From: Candidatus Poribacteria bacterium
GTDB taxonomy: Bacteria; Poribacteria; WGA-4E; WGA-3G
Length of the DNA stretch: 64,000 nucleotides
NCBI GenBank assembly: GCA_963663765.2
Contig: CAXXUA010000004.1
Coordinates: 320,001 to 384,000, forward strand
Reading direction: 5' to 3'
The notes beneath the pieces are model-generated. The model had not been told where the DNA came from. It did not search any database and saw only the letters and a program-made list of their open reading frames with translations. Each line of letters begins with the position of its first letter. The first letter of the stretch is position 1. Position numbers and translations under genes: made by a program. Shown one piece after another: positions 1 through 10,179 of this stretch.

Positions 1-1
1 C

Positions 2-364
2 GCTCAGAATGGTATCGGGTTTACAGCACTTCATTATGCTGTAATGGGTCAACACATGCAGGTAGTAGAAGCACTCTTGTCTAGACGCGACCAAAATATC
101 AACCTTCAAGATGAACGAGGTAGAACAGTGCTGCATCTCGCTATTTCAAACGGATACACAGAAATCTTGGAAGCACTGCTTAAACACAAGGATATTTTAG
201 TTCATCTCAAAGACAATTTAGGAAGAACACCCGTGACGGTAGCGCGCGAAGTCGGGGATACACGTCTGGCAAAACGACTGCTGGCGCACCCGAACTATGC
301 ATTACCTGTGACACCACAACGAAAGTTAGCAACAAAATGGGGGAGTTTAAAGCGTCGGTATTAA
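2..364 (+). CDS. Ankyrin-repeat protein, C-terminal part (truncated by window start); paralog of 1080..2300
   Basis: Frame is open from base 2 (AQNGIGFTALHYAVM...). Ankyrin motifs GRTVLHLA and GRTPVTVA. Near-identical to the 3' end of the next gene. Confidence 0.85.
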   Translation, partial: AQNGIGFTALHYAVMGQHMQVVEALLSRRDQNINLQDERGRTVLHLAISNGYTEILEALLKHKDILVHLKDNLGRTPVTVAREVGDTRLAKRLLAHPNYALPVTPQRKLATKWGSLKRRY

Positions 365-498
365 TGAACTTATCAAAGATTTTGGAATTAATTACATACT
401 AAACAGATAGGAACGACCGCGGGGTTGCTCCTACCGAATGAGAGAATTAAATACTTACATGACAGCCAAGATGGTAAATTGTAAAAATGTGAACTTAT

Positions 499-1012
499 CA
501 GGACTTATACCCAATTAACGTGAGTCGTCTTGCTAAGTGTGCGGTTAGGAAACCGCACCTACCGTTGGAAAAATATATATTACGTTAATTTGGTATTATA
601 CCTAATTAACGTGAGTCGTCTTGCTAAGTGTGCGGTTAGGAAACCGCACCTACCGTTGGAAAAATATATATTACGTTAATTTGGTATTATACCCAATTAA
701 CGTGAGTCGTCTTGCTAAGTGTGCGGTTAGGAAACCGCACCTACCGTTGGAAAAATATATATTACGTTAATTTGGTATTATACCCAATTAACGTGAGTCG
801 TCTTGCTAAGTGTGCGGTTAGGAAACCGCACCTACCGTTGGAAAAAGACAAATTACGTTAATTTGGTATTACACATTTCCCCCTTGATAAGGGGGTTAGG
901 GGGTTAAAAAGTCGCTATTTCAGTGTTTTAACCCCCACCCTCCCATACGCTATCGCTATGGGATCCCTTCTCCCTTATCAAGGGGATTTTAAGAGAAAAT
1001 GCGTAAGTCCTG
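499..1012. mobile_element. MITE family B (TIR CAGGACTTACGCA) with four 88-bp elements nested in its left TIR
   Basis: CAGGACTTA|...|CACATTT at left and TGCGTAAGTCCTG ending at 1012. Flanks CTTAT/CTCAT (4/5 TSD match). Confidence 0.75.
508..868. repeat. Four tandem 88-bp MITEs (family A) separated by TTA, each carrying a GTAG-type REP hairpin
   Basis: Period 91 bp. TIR TACCnAATTAACGT...ACGTTAATTTGGTA. Internal GTGCGGTTAGGAAACCGCACCTACC. Confidence 0.9.
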
Positions 1013-1079
1013 CTCATATTTTTGTTTTATGGTAAATTATACAACCGATTCTACACCCTGGTGGAACGGGAAGACCGTA

Positions 1080-2300
1080 ATGAATAACATCTTAAAATAT
1101 TACAACTTGTTTGTATGTTTCATTGGAACATGTCTATTTCTGAGTTTTTTACAGAATACTTATGGATTCATATCTCTAAGACATCATCATTATCTTAAGG
1201 AAAGACCTGATTCAAATCTCTTAATAGGGAAAGTGCATGAAAGTCACTGGGATATCATCTATGGCTACGGAGATGAATGTTCAGATGAAAAAAAAGCAGA
1301 ATTCAAAGAATTCGAAAAAATGATGACCACTGCTTTACAAATGTGGCTACAACCACTTAGAGAAATCAATACTGATACCCCGATTGTCTCTGATTTTCGC
1401 TATCATTTACGTGACAAAACCGTTACATTTGAAGAGATGGAAAAAGCAGATCTATCCATAAAAGATTTCTGTGAAGTCGGTAGATCTGGTATCGGTTTTG
1501 ATGATAGGTTGCCACCAAGAATCGTAATCAGACGTGGTATGCTTTTGGACGACGTTTTAATGTCTGCACTCATCCATGAGATAGGACATGCATTCGGACT
1601 TGGTGATACTTACATCGGAAGATCTGATCTAGTACCAAGTGCAAGTAAGGGTGGTTTAATAAATCTTATAGGAACGCAACCAGCCTCTATTATGGGAATG
1701 CATGTGCATAGGTATATTCCCAACTTTTTAACTGAAGATGATAAAAACGGTATCGTGTGGATTTACAAGGCTTTTCATGAGGAACTTGATCCTGAGGACT
1801 GTTTTTTTACAAACTATAAGTACGAGGAAACCCCAGATGGTTGTGTTCCGAAGTCACCTTTGATATTTGAAATCAGACAAGGACATGAGAAATTCACCCT
1901 TGACATACTGAGAGATGATGTGAACATTGATATCAACGCTCAGGATGGTATCGGTTATACGGCGCTACATTACGGTGTAATGGGTCAACACATGCCGGTA
2001 GTAGAAGCACTCTTGTCTAGACGCGACCAAAATATCAACCTTCAAGATGAACGAGGTAGAACAGTGCTGCATCTCGCAATCTCAAACGGATACGCTGAAA
2101 TCTTGGCAGCACTGCTTAAACACAAGGATATTTTAGTTCATCTCAAAGACAATTTAGGAAGAACACCCGTGACGGTAGCGCGCGAAAACGGGGATACTCG
2201 TCTGGCAAAACGACTGCTGGCGCACCCGAACTATACATTACCTGTGACACCACAACGAAAGTTAGCAACAAAATGGGGGAGTTTAAAGCGTCGGTATTAA
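1080..2300 (+). CDS. Secreted zinc metallopeptidase (metzincin-like) with C-terminal ankyrin repeats
   Basis: Hydrophobic N-terminus, HEIGHAFGLGD motif with SIM Met-turn, three to four ankyrin repeats. The ORF-track ATG at 999 lies in a MITE, so 1080 is preferred. Confidence 0.8.
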   Translation: MNNILKYYNLFVCFIGTCLFLSFLQNTYGFISLRHHHYLKERPDSNLLIGKVHESHWDIIYGYGDECSDEKKAEFKEFEKMMTTALQMWLQPLREINTDTPIVSDFRYHLRDKTVTFEEMEKADLSIKDFCEVGRSGIGFDDRLPPRIVIRRGMLLDDVLMSALIHEIGHAFGLGDTYIGRSDLVPSASKGGLINLIGTQPASIMGMHVHRYIPNFLTEDDKNGIVWIYKAFHEELDPEDCFFTNYKYEETPDGCVPKSPLIFEIRQGHEKFTLDILRDDVNIDINAQDGIGYTALHYGVMGQHMPVVEALLSRRDQNINLQDERGRTVLHLAISNGYAEILAALLKHKDILVHLKDNLGRTPVTVARENGDTRLAKRLLAHPNYTLPVTPQRKLATKWGSLKRRY

Positions 2301-2304
2301 AGAA

Positions 2305-2937
2305 CAATACCTTCGCCATTTTTGAGTGTTTCAATTGAATGAGTATATAGTGTTGATCTACCATTGCTCTGTGATATTGTTAGGATTACATAAATAAAAA
2401 TAACTTCAGGTTTTCGTTGAAGTATTTTTAATTATCATAGCGTCTAATTTGACAATAGAAATGACTATATCAACAATCTGTCAGAATAATTTATATGCAC
2501 AATCTGGCAGAATGTGCTACAACTGCCCGCACAATCTGGCAGAATGTCTATTATTGGCCAGGGTTTTTTAGTTTTCAATATTTTTGATATTATTTTGCTA
2601 TGTCGTTAATTTTATGGGGTACCATCTTGTCCAGTTCTTTAGTCCCGTAGAGACGATATGTTTATAGAAAATGTTTTCCACCCCAATTGAGTTCCGTAGG
2701 AACGACATAGAAGAATAAACATATCGTCCCTACGGGACTAAAGAACTGTGGATGGTATTCGTTTTCTATAAACATATCGTCCCTACGGGACTAAAGAGCG
2801 ATGTTCATTTTTCAATAACCTAAAACTTATGCAGAAAGTTCGGTTAGGAAACCGAATCTGGGTATTATCTTTCAGTAAATCTCAATAACAGAAAACTCTT
2901 AAAACTAAATAACCCTGTATTTTTGGCGAAGGTATTG
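2305..2937. mobile_element. MITE family C (TIR CAATACCTTCGCCA) interrupted by a family D element
   Basis: Perfect 14-bp TIR, TSD AAAGAA. Interior matches the copies at 19214 and 57698. Confidence 0.85.
2559..2917. mobile_element. MITE family D (CAGGG ends, ISAs1-like) carrying GTCCCGTAG REP-type repeats
   Basis: CAGGGTTTTTTAGTTTT...AAAACTAAATAACCCTG. 10-bp flanks TATTATTGGC/TATTTTTGGC. CAGGG ends with an 8-10 bp DR are typical of ISAs1. Confidence 0.75.
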
Positions 2938-2965
2938 AAAGAACTAATCGTAGAATTTGGAATTA

Positions 2966-3119
2966 TACCAATTCAAATAAATCTTGTCTCATTAAGGAAT
3001 TCTACTGTTTATTGGCAGGGGGTTACTCTCTTCGGTAGGAGCGACCTCCCAGTCGCGACCGGGAGGTCGCTCCTACCAGATTTCCGCTGCTAATGAGACA
3101 TTATCACATGAAAATGGTA
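2966..3119. mobile_element. TACC...GGTA-ended MITE with TTA TSD enclosing a REP hairpin (3034..3077)
   Basis: TTA-TACCA...TGGTA-TTA. Palindrome GGTAGGAGCGACCTCCC...GGGAGGTCGCTCCTACC. Confidence 0.65.
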
Positions 3120-3281
3120 TTACTTAGACATTGTTTTCGGTCCGGAAGGAAAACCGGTTCTACCGCATTTCCTGTAGAACAACCTGTTAGGTTGTGTCGT
3201 ATTTTCGCAAACTGATAGTGCACGTTATAACAGTATAAAGATATATACAAATTTTACTATATTGTAATTCTTACACCTGTT

Positions 3282-4028
3282 CTAATAAGTGGCACGACCA
3301 CCACTTACATCATAACACTGCCCTGTAACAAAACTTACTTCATCTGATGCCAAGAAATTGACAACAGCTGCAACCTCTTCTGGTTTGCCAATGCGTCCTA
3401 AGGGAATCTTGGTAACCATATAGTCTATTGTAGACTGCGCAATTCCATCCATAATAGGAGTTTCAATTACCGCAGGAGACACAGCATTCACACGGATGTT
3501 ATAGTCCGTTACCTCTTTCGCAAGTGCTTTTGTCAAGCAGATAACACCTGCTTTAGATACTGAATACGGTATCATTGTCGGGTTACCCTCCTTGCCAGCA
3601 ATTGAAGCAACATTGATAATTCTACCGTAATCTTGTTTAATCATTATATCAATGACAGCTTTACAACACAGAAATACACCTGTCAAGTTCACTCCCAAAA
3701 CCGCATTCCAATCAGATTCATCAAGATCAGTCAGGGGTAAAGTTCTCCCCGCAATTCCAGCGTTATTTACAAGAATATCTACACGACCAAATTCAGAAAG
3801 AACTTTGTTGAAAGCTTTGTTGACATCAGAAGATTGTGAAACATCTACTTGTATAGAAAGACTTCGTTTTCCAAGATTATCTATCTCTTTAGTAACATTC
3901 TTTGCTGTAGTTAAGTCTAAATCCAGAATAGCAACATCAGCACCAACATTAGCAAGTCTAAGCGCAATTGCTTTGCCGATACCTTGTCCCGCACCTGTTA
4001 CTATCGCAATTTTACCAGTTAAATTCAT
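3282..4028 (-). CDS. SDR family oxidoreductase (FabG-like)
   Basis: TGAGQGIG, NNAG and YSVSK motifs. Confidence 0.92.
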   Translation of the reverse strand: MNLTGKIAIVTGAGQGIGKAIALRLANVGADVAILDLDLTTAKNVTKEIDNLGKRSLSIQVDVSQSSDVNKAFNKVLSEFGRVDILVNNAGIAGRTLPLTDLDESDWNAVLGVNLTGVFLCCKAVIDIMIKQDYGRIINVASIAGKEGNPTMIPYSVSKAGVICLTKALAKEVTDYNIRVNAVSPAVIETPIMDGIAQSTIDYMVTKIPLGRIGKPEEVAAVVNFLASDEVSFVTGQCYDVSGGRATY

Positions 4029-4031
4029 ATT

Positions 4032-5258
4032 TTATTCACCAATGACAACACCATAAGCACCAACAACTGCACCCCTATGTCCTGATTGATAATGCAAGTG
4101 TCTTTCTCCAACAACGGGTTGCGAACTCTGTGCCTCAACGGAGCCTCTGACATTCCCCATTGCCGCTTCGTCCACATCAGCACAACAACGCGGCTTTATC
4201 CTACGATGGATCTGTCTCCTAATGTCACCCTTTTTGTTGCGAACAATAACGTTAACTAAAGCGTCTGCTTCTCCAACATTTAGGAAACGGAACCAATCTT
4301 TTGCACCACTTGCAACCTCAGGGAAAAACAGACGTAGACCAACATGTCCACTCTCTTCTGAAGCACCCGGTAAATCAATTACAGATGTTCCACTGTGCAT
4401 GTGTCGTTCAGCAACTATAGGTTGGTCACTCCGTATCAAAATTGAGGATTTGATTTTAATGTCTTCCATCTTCGGTATCCAACATTCAAAGGGATCCAAT
4501 TCGCGTTCCATGGTTGTCACAGGATTCCCTGTACCATCTTCATGTGCAATCATCGTTACCTGTGCTCTTTCTCTACTGACATTTACAATAACTGCCCAAT
4601 CTTTCCATGCTGGACCGACTTCAGGAAAATAGAGCGTCCGAGCAGCTTCGGTGATTACTTGACCATATTGTCCAACACAGGTTTTTCCACCTTGATAATG
4701 TAAATGACGTTCACCAACAATTGGCTGCGTACTCTGTACCTCTAGTGTCCCTTGTACATTCCCCATCAAACCTTCTGCAATATCCCAACAACATTGCGGT
4801 TTAATTGCATGATGACGTTGTCTGACAATGTCCCCGCGTCTATTACGTACGATGATATTTATTAAAGCGTCTGCTTCACCAACGTTCAGGAAACGAAACC
4901 AATCTAAAGCCCCGGGTACCAATTCCGGAAAGAACAAACGTAAACCGACTGTTTCATATTCTTCTGCTGCACCAACAAAATCTAAAATATTTGTATCGTC
5001 ATGCATGTGACGCTCAGCAACTATAGGTTGATCCGCCGACAACTGCATGGAAGAATTCACTTTGATTGCCTCTACATTTGGAGTCCAACACTCAAATGGT
5101 GAAATCTCTTTTTCATCTGACCAAGTAGGCTGCCCGTTTTCAGAATTCCTCGCAATCCCTGTCACACGGGTGTCCTCAGTACCTACGTTGATGACTTGAA
5201 CCCAATCATGCCACTGCGGACCTACCTCCGGAAAATATAACGTTGTAGCAAGTGCCAT
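4032..5258 (-). CDS. Hypothetical protein of four ~100-aa beta-rich repeats (DUF5719-like)
   Basis: Four copies of L(Y/F)FPE...DW...NV...P(I/V)V(A/G)ERH(M/L)H. GGAG SD upstream. Confidence 0.75.
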   Translation of the reverse strand: MALATTLYFPEVGPQWHDWVQVINVGTEDTRVTGIARNSENGQPTWSDEKEISPFECWTPNVEAIKVNSSMQLSADQPIVAERHMHDDTNILDFVGAAEEYETVGLRLFFPELVPGALDWFRFLNVGEADALINIIVRNRRGDIVRQRHHAIKPQCCWDIAEGLMGNVQGTLEVQSTQPIVGERHLHYQGGKTCVGQYGQVITEAARTLYFPEVGPAWKDWAVIVNVSRERAQVTMIAHEDGTGNPVTTMERELDPFECWIPKMEDIKIKSSILIRSDQPIVAERHMHSGTSVIDLPGASEESGHVGLRLFFPEVASGAKDWFRFLNVGEADALVNVIVRNKKGDIRRQIHRRIKPRCCADVDEAAMGNVRGSVEAQSSQPVVGERHLHYQSGHRGAVVGAYGVVIGE

Positions 5259-5388
5259 TAATATCTCCTTATCTTTTATTACAACTAAATTTACTTGATA
5301 TAATCTTATGTATCTAATACAATTTTAACCTAATCTAACGGAATAATCCACTAAAAATCATCACACACTTAATATGCGGAGGATTCAG

Positions 5389-5682
5389 ATGGCACAAAAA
5401 AAACTTACAGATAAGGAAATTCAGAACTACTTAGAACAACTCAATGGTTGGTCCTTACAAAACGGTAAACTTCATAAAGAATTCAAGTTTGACAACTTTG
5501 TTACTGCGTTCGGTTTTATGACACAACTTGCATTAGTAGCAGAGTCCATGAACCATCACCCAGAATGGTTCAATGTCTATAACCGTGTTACTATTGATAT
5601 GATGACACACGACGCTGACGGAATAACGCTACTGGATATTGAATTTGCTAAACATGCAAATGCAATCAAACTGAAGAATTAG
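5389..5682 (+). CDS. phhB: Pterin-4-alpha-carbinolamine dehydratase
   Basis: [17 protein letters not shown] motif. GGAGG SD before ATG 5389. Confidence 0.92.
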   Translation: MAQKKLTDKEIQNYLEQLNGWSLQNGKLHKEFKFDNFVTAFGFMTQLALVAESMNHHPEWFNVYNRVTIDMMTHDADGITLLDIEFAKHANAIKLKN

Positions 5683-5727
5683 TTCATTGTTTAGACCTTA
5701 AACCCTTTTGAGAAATGGAGGAAAATA

Positions 5728-6807
5728 TTGAGCAAAAAAACATATCGCGCAGCAGCAATTGGACATACCGGTGCTGGTAACTATGGTCACGGATTGCATA
5801 CTGTGTATAAAAACATAGAAAATGTGGAATTTATCGCTATTTCCGATCCTGATGACGCAGGTAGAGCAAAGGCAGTTGAAGAAACAGGTGCATTGCGCAG
5901 CTACACAGATTACCATGAGATGTTAGAAAAGGAGACATTAGACATGGTAAGTGTTTGTCCACGTTGGGTTCCCGATCATTTAAATATGATAATAGCATGC
6001 CTCAAAGCTGGATGCAATGTTTACACCGAAAAACCGATGACGAGTAACCTTGCTGATGGTGATAAGATTGTTGATACAGCAAAACAGAAAGGCTTGAAGG
6101 TTGCAGTTGCACATCAGGCAGTCTATCTTCCCGCCACCCATGCAATCAGAGATATGCTCAACGATGGAAAGATAGGAAAAATACATGCAATCCATGCAAG
6201 TGGCAAACAGGACAGACGCGGGGGTGGGGAGGACATGATTACACTTGGAACACATCTATTCAACCAAATGCGTTTCTATGTTGGAGATGTTGCCTGGATG
6301 CAATCACATGTTACCAAAGATGGGAAAGAGGTGACTTATGGGAATGACCATCAACCTACTGAACCTGTCGGACCTGTTGCAGGAGATTGCATCAATAGCT
6401 ACTTCGCTTTCAAAAGTGGTGTTGTTGGATACTTCCAGTCAAGAAAAGACCAAGCAGGCACAGGAAGATATGGGATGGATATTTCTGGTAGTGATGGAAC
6501 TCTGTCAATGCGGGGAGATGTAGCAAATAGAATTATGCATTATCCGCACACTGTATTTCTTCCTTCAAATACCTCTCAGAAATGGCAACCTATTGATCTT
6601 GATAATACTCCTTTTATGAAAGGTAATGAACTTGCAATTCTTGACCTGATTGATGCAATTGAAAACGATAGAAAACCGATCTCATCTGCAGAAGACGCAG
6701 TTGCAGCATTAGAAATGATTGTAGGGGCTTATGAGTCTCAACTCACTTGTCAACGTGTCCAATTCCCAATTGACAATCGTGAACATCCGTTAACTCGTAG
6801 TATTTAA
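5728..6807 (+). CDS. Gfo/Idh/MocA family oxidoreductase
   Basis: N-terminal Rossmann fold, EKP motif, GTH. Confidence 0.9.
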   Translation: MSKKTYRAAAIGHTGAGNYGHGLHTVYKNIENVEFIAISDPDDAGRAKAVEETGALRSYTDYHEMLEKETLDMVSVCPRWVPDHLNMIIACLKAGCNVYTEKPMTSNLADGDKIVDTAKQKGLKVAVAHQAVYLPATHAIRDMLNDGKIGKIHAIHASGKQDRRGGGEDMITLGTHLFNQMRFYVGDVAWMQSHVTKDGKEVTYGNDHQPTEPVGPVAGDCINSYFAFKSGVVGYFQSRKDQAGTGRYGMDISGSDGTLSMRGDVANRIMHYPHTVFLPSNTSQKWQPIDLDNTPFMKGNELAILDLIDAIENDRKPISSAEDAVAALEMIVGAYESQLTCQRVQFPIDNREHPLTRSI

Positions 6808-6853
6808 TTATCTTGAAATCCAATAATATGTCTACACTCCCTGGTAGGTTGTG

Positions 6854-7181
6854 TTCCGTTTCTGCACAACATATTGGTGTAAACTTAACGATTTTAACCT
6901 CTTGTGGGAGGGGTTTATTACCCCGATTTTTTAGTGCATTTCCGCTCAAATCGGGGTTGAAAACCCCTCCCACAAGAAAGTTGCCCTTAAGTTGACACCT
7001 ATATGTTCCGTTTCTGCACAACATATTGGTGTAAACTTAAGAAAAAAATGTTGTCCTTTTTTTTGTGGGAGGGGTTTATTACCCCGATTATACAGGATTC
7101 AAATTGCTAAATCGGGTTGAAAACCCCTCCCACAAGAAAATTGCCCTTAAGTTGACACCTATATGTTCCGTTTCTGCACAA
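6854..7181. mobile_element. Two tandem family E MITEs (6870..7005, 7022..7165) bracketed by three 16-bp direct repeats
   Basis: TTCCGTTTCTGCACAA at 6854, 7006 and 7166. TIR CATATTGGTGTAAACTTAA/TTAAGTTGACACCTATATG. Each element holds an inverted GTGGGAGGGG REP pair. Confidence 0.85.
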
Positions 7182-7274
7182 TCGAAATGAAGATTAATTT
7201 GTTAATTCGGAAATAAAATTTTTCTACAACGGTAGGCGTGCTTACAAAGCACGCTCTTGTGACTTGATGCGCCA

Positions 7275-7638
7275 GCGCGCTTACAAAGCACGCCTACCAT
7301 CGGGGGCGCGCTTACAAAGCACGCCTACCATCGGGGGCGCGCTTACAAAGCACGCCTACCATCGGGGGCGCGCTTACAAAGCACGCCTACCATCGGGGGC
7401 GCGCTTACAAAGCACGCCTACCATCGGGGGCGCGCTTACAAAGCACGCCTACCATCGGGGGCGCGCTTACAAAGCACGCCTACCATCGGGGGCGCGCTTA
7501 CAAAGCACGCCTACCATCGGGGCGCGCTTACAAAGCACGCCTACCATCGGGGGCGCGCTTACAAAGCACGCCTACCATCGGGGGCGCGCTTACAAAGCAC
7601 GCCTACCATCGGGGGCGCGCTTACAAAGCACGCCTACC
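7275..7638. repeat. Tandem array of 12 REP units (31 bp)
   Basis: GCGCGCTTACAAAGCACGCCTACCATCGGGG x12 (one unit 30 bp, last partial). Preceded by an oppositely oriented REP at 7231. Confidence 0.92.
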
Positions 7639-8222
7639 GTTCGGTGCGTAAGTGACGTTCTTATAACTTCTATCAGAGATTTAAGCTACCGATAACCGTT
7701 TCTTAGGGGATATCCATTTAGTTGTTTTTTGCATTTTTTTACAAGTGTTATCCATCTTGTTGTGACAAGGGTTTATGAAGGTTTTATGAATTTACGGATT
7801 TTAGAAAAAACAACTAAATGGATTTTTTATCGTTTTATTGCAGTGTATTTTTGTATCTGTTTTGGACTTGTCAGCTGCTGTTGTGTTCTTTGATTTGTCT
7901 TCTGTCATTTTGGTACATCTTGCTTGTCCAAGACCAATATTTTGGAATTCATTTGTGTGTATGGGTTATATTATACCTTATGGAGGTGGGGTTTGTTGTA
8001 CTTATTGTTATGAGAACAATAGAAATCATGTATAATCTATTGGGATTCTATTGTTAAAATGTCCTTCAACAATGGTACTTCGCGACAATTGAATGTCTCT
8101 GTTCAACTAAATTATTATCCATGCAAAACAATTGGAAGAAATTTAACTGCAATGAAAGCATATTCATTTTTACCAAAATCTTTTTCGTGTGTTCTACGTA
8201 ATCGACGATTCAGACTAAGAAG

Positions 8223-10109
8223 CTAAGGAACATGCCACAGCATAAGAATACCGTCTGTACTAAGGCTTGCAAGTGTCTTGCCATCGGAAGTGAATGCCAC
8301 TTGATCCACCCGTTTGCGATGCCCTTTAAAAGTGTGCTGTACTGCACCGGTTTTCACGTCTAATATGTTGACTGTACCATCAAGGTACCCCGTCGCGAGT
8401 GTCTTACCATCCGGATCATAAGTCAGACTCATGACAAGATCTTTTTGTTTTTTGAATGGTGTATTTAGTGTGTTGGTGATAGTGTCAAAAAGATATATAG
8501 TTTCAGAATGGTCTGCAATGGCGAGTGTTTTTCCGTCTGGACTATAGCAAAAATCAGCGATTCTACCAAACTGTCCTTTTATGACACGTTTTGCTGTACC
8601 AGAGTCCGTACGCCATAAATGCACCGTCTTATCAGTACTGCCACTGGCTATGGTTTTACAATCGGGACTGAACACAACATTTGTGACTTTCTGCGTATGC
8701 TCTTCAAGTGTGTGCTTATTTTTCCCTGTTTTGGCATCCCACAGACGTACTGTCTTATCCCTACTGCCAGTTACGATCGTATTGCCATCCGAACTGTAGG
8801 CGACACACAGAACATCACTCTCATGTCCAATTAACGTCATTTTCATTTCACCCGTAACTCGATCCCACAGGTTGGTGTAATGTCCAGTGCTTGCGGTGGC
8901 TATAGTGTCCCCTCCCGGACTGAATGCAACAGCAGTGTCTAAGGTATGTGCTTCTCTATAAAGAACTTTCTGTAGGGTGCCGTTAGTTGTGTCCCAAAGA
9001 CAGACATGGATTTCTCTCGTCGGAGAGACAATTGACTCGCCGTCCGGACTAAATGCGAAGCAGGTAAAATTACCAAAGTAACCAGATTCAGTGTACTTGC
9101 TTTTACCGTTAACAACGTCCCAAATGCTGAGTGTACCATCGTAACTGCCACTAGCGATGGATCGCAAATCGGGACTGAAAGAGAGTGCTAGCACGTTATC
9201 GGTATGTCCCTCAAGCGTGTGCTTCAGTGCAGTTGTGTCTGTCTGATAGATGTTGATTGATCCTGTATAGTTACCTGTGGCAAAGTAATTACCTTCGGGA
9301 CTGAAAGCAATACAGTAAACTTTTGATCCCTTATTACCAATGCTGTGCAATTCTTTCCCCGTTTCAGTATTCCAGAGTCGGACTTTACCACCCCATCCCG
9401 CACTTACCAATGTTCCACCATCCGGACTGAACGTCATTTTGAGCGGTATCGCTTCATGTCCTTTTAAAGTTAGCTTCTGTCCACCTGTAAACATATCCCA
9501 CAAATTTACTTCGTTATTTTTATTCCCAGTTGCATATAGAAGATTTACCGAACTGAAGGCAGAGCCGAAAATGTCTCCCCCTGCGAACTTGTCTTTCTCT
9601 AACCGACTTTCATCCTGCTGTTTTTTGCCCGTAGCAGACTCCCAAAACGTTACTTTACCATCAAAGCTGATTGTCACAAGGGATTTAGAATCTGACGTGA
9701 AATCAAAATTTAGGATTTTGTCCTTGTGGTTAAGTCTATATTTATGTGCCCCTGATTGGCTGTTCCAAAGATGGATTACATTGTCCGAATCCAGACTCGC
9801 AAGTAGCTTCCCATCTGGACTGAATACAATGTTTCTGATGCGAAAACCGTGTTTTGTCAACACCCGAAGCGGTTTGCATGTGATCGCATCGTATATCCAA
9901 ACACCGTTATTTGTTGCGACCGCCAACTGCCTACCGTCTGAATTGTATTTCACATCGGAAATGAGTCCTTTCCCGATGTGTGCCTTTGCTCCTTTTGGTA
10001 AGACTAATGATGTGTTGGGTTCTTGTGCGATCAGGGAAGATAAAAAGACGATTGAATAGGTAAAGAAGAGTATGTAAATTAAGACCTTAATTGGGTATTT
10101 GGTTTGCAT
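8223..10109 (-). CDS. Secreted WD40-repeat protein
   Basis: Signal peptide and about 13 GH...FSPDG...WD repeats. GGAGG SD before ATG 10109. Confidence 0.9.
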   Translation of the reverse strand: MQTKYPIKVLIYILFFTYSIVFLSSLIAQEPNTSLVLPKGAKAHIGKGLISDVKYNSDGRQLAVATNNGVWIYDAITCKPLRVLTKHGFRIRNIVFSPDGKLLASLDSDNVIHLWNSQSGAHKYRLNHKDKILNFDFTSDSKSLVTISFDGKVTFWESATGKKQQDESRLEKDKFAGGDIFGSAFSSVNLLYATGNKNNEVNLWDMFTGGQKLTLKGHEAIPLKMTFSPDGGTLVSAGWGGKVRLWNTETGKELHSIGNKGSKVYCIAFSPEGNYFATGNYTGSINIYQTDTTALKHTLEGHTDNVLALSFSPDLRSIASGSYDGTLSIWDVVNGKSKYTESGYFGNFTCFAFSPDGESIVSPTREIHVCLWDTTNGTLQKVLYREAHTLDTAVAFSPGGDTIATASTGHYTNLWDRVTGEMKMTLIGHESDVLCVAYSSDGNTIVTGSRDKTVRLWDAKTGKNKHTLEEHTQKVTNVVFSPDCKTIASGSTDKTVHLWRTDSGTAKRVIKGQFGRIADFCYSPDGKTLAIADHSETIYLFDTITNTLNTPFKKQKDLVMSLTYDPDGKTLATGYLDGTVNILDVKTGAVQHTFKGHRKRVDQVAFTSDGKTLASLSTDGILMLWHVP

Positions 10110-10179
10110 GTTTATACCTCCTATGGGTTTACCTATAGTCAAAATATTATACTACAGTAAAGTAATTAAGTATTTCTTA

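Noticed and set aside
508-868. CRISPR or ncRNA array
   Set aside because: Whole 91-bp units repeat, each with TIRs and a TTA TSD, which fits tandem MITEs.
6743-7024. Small ORFs on both strands
   Set aside because: They overlap MITE/REP sequence and show no protein-like features.
7264-7695. 143-aa repetitive ORF, or a CRISPR-like array
   Set aside because: The ORF is read-through of the 31-bp REP array. Linkers are identical 7-mers, there are no unique spacers and no cas genes.
7818-8057. Two short hydrophobic ORFs
   Set aside because: T-rich low-complexity DNA with no SD or motif, so they cannot be supported.
9340-10059. 239-aa antisense ORF, and similar shadow ORFs throughout the window
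   Set aside because: These are antisense to well-supported genes and are typical shadow frames.
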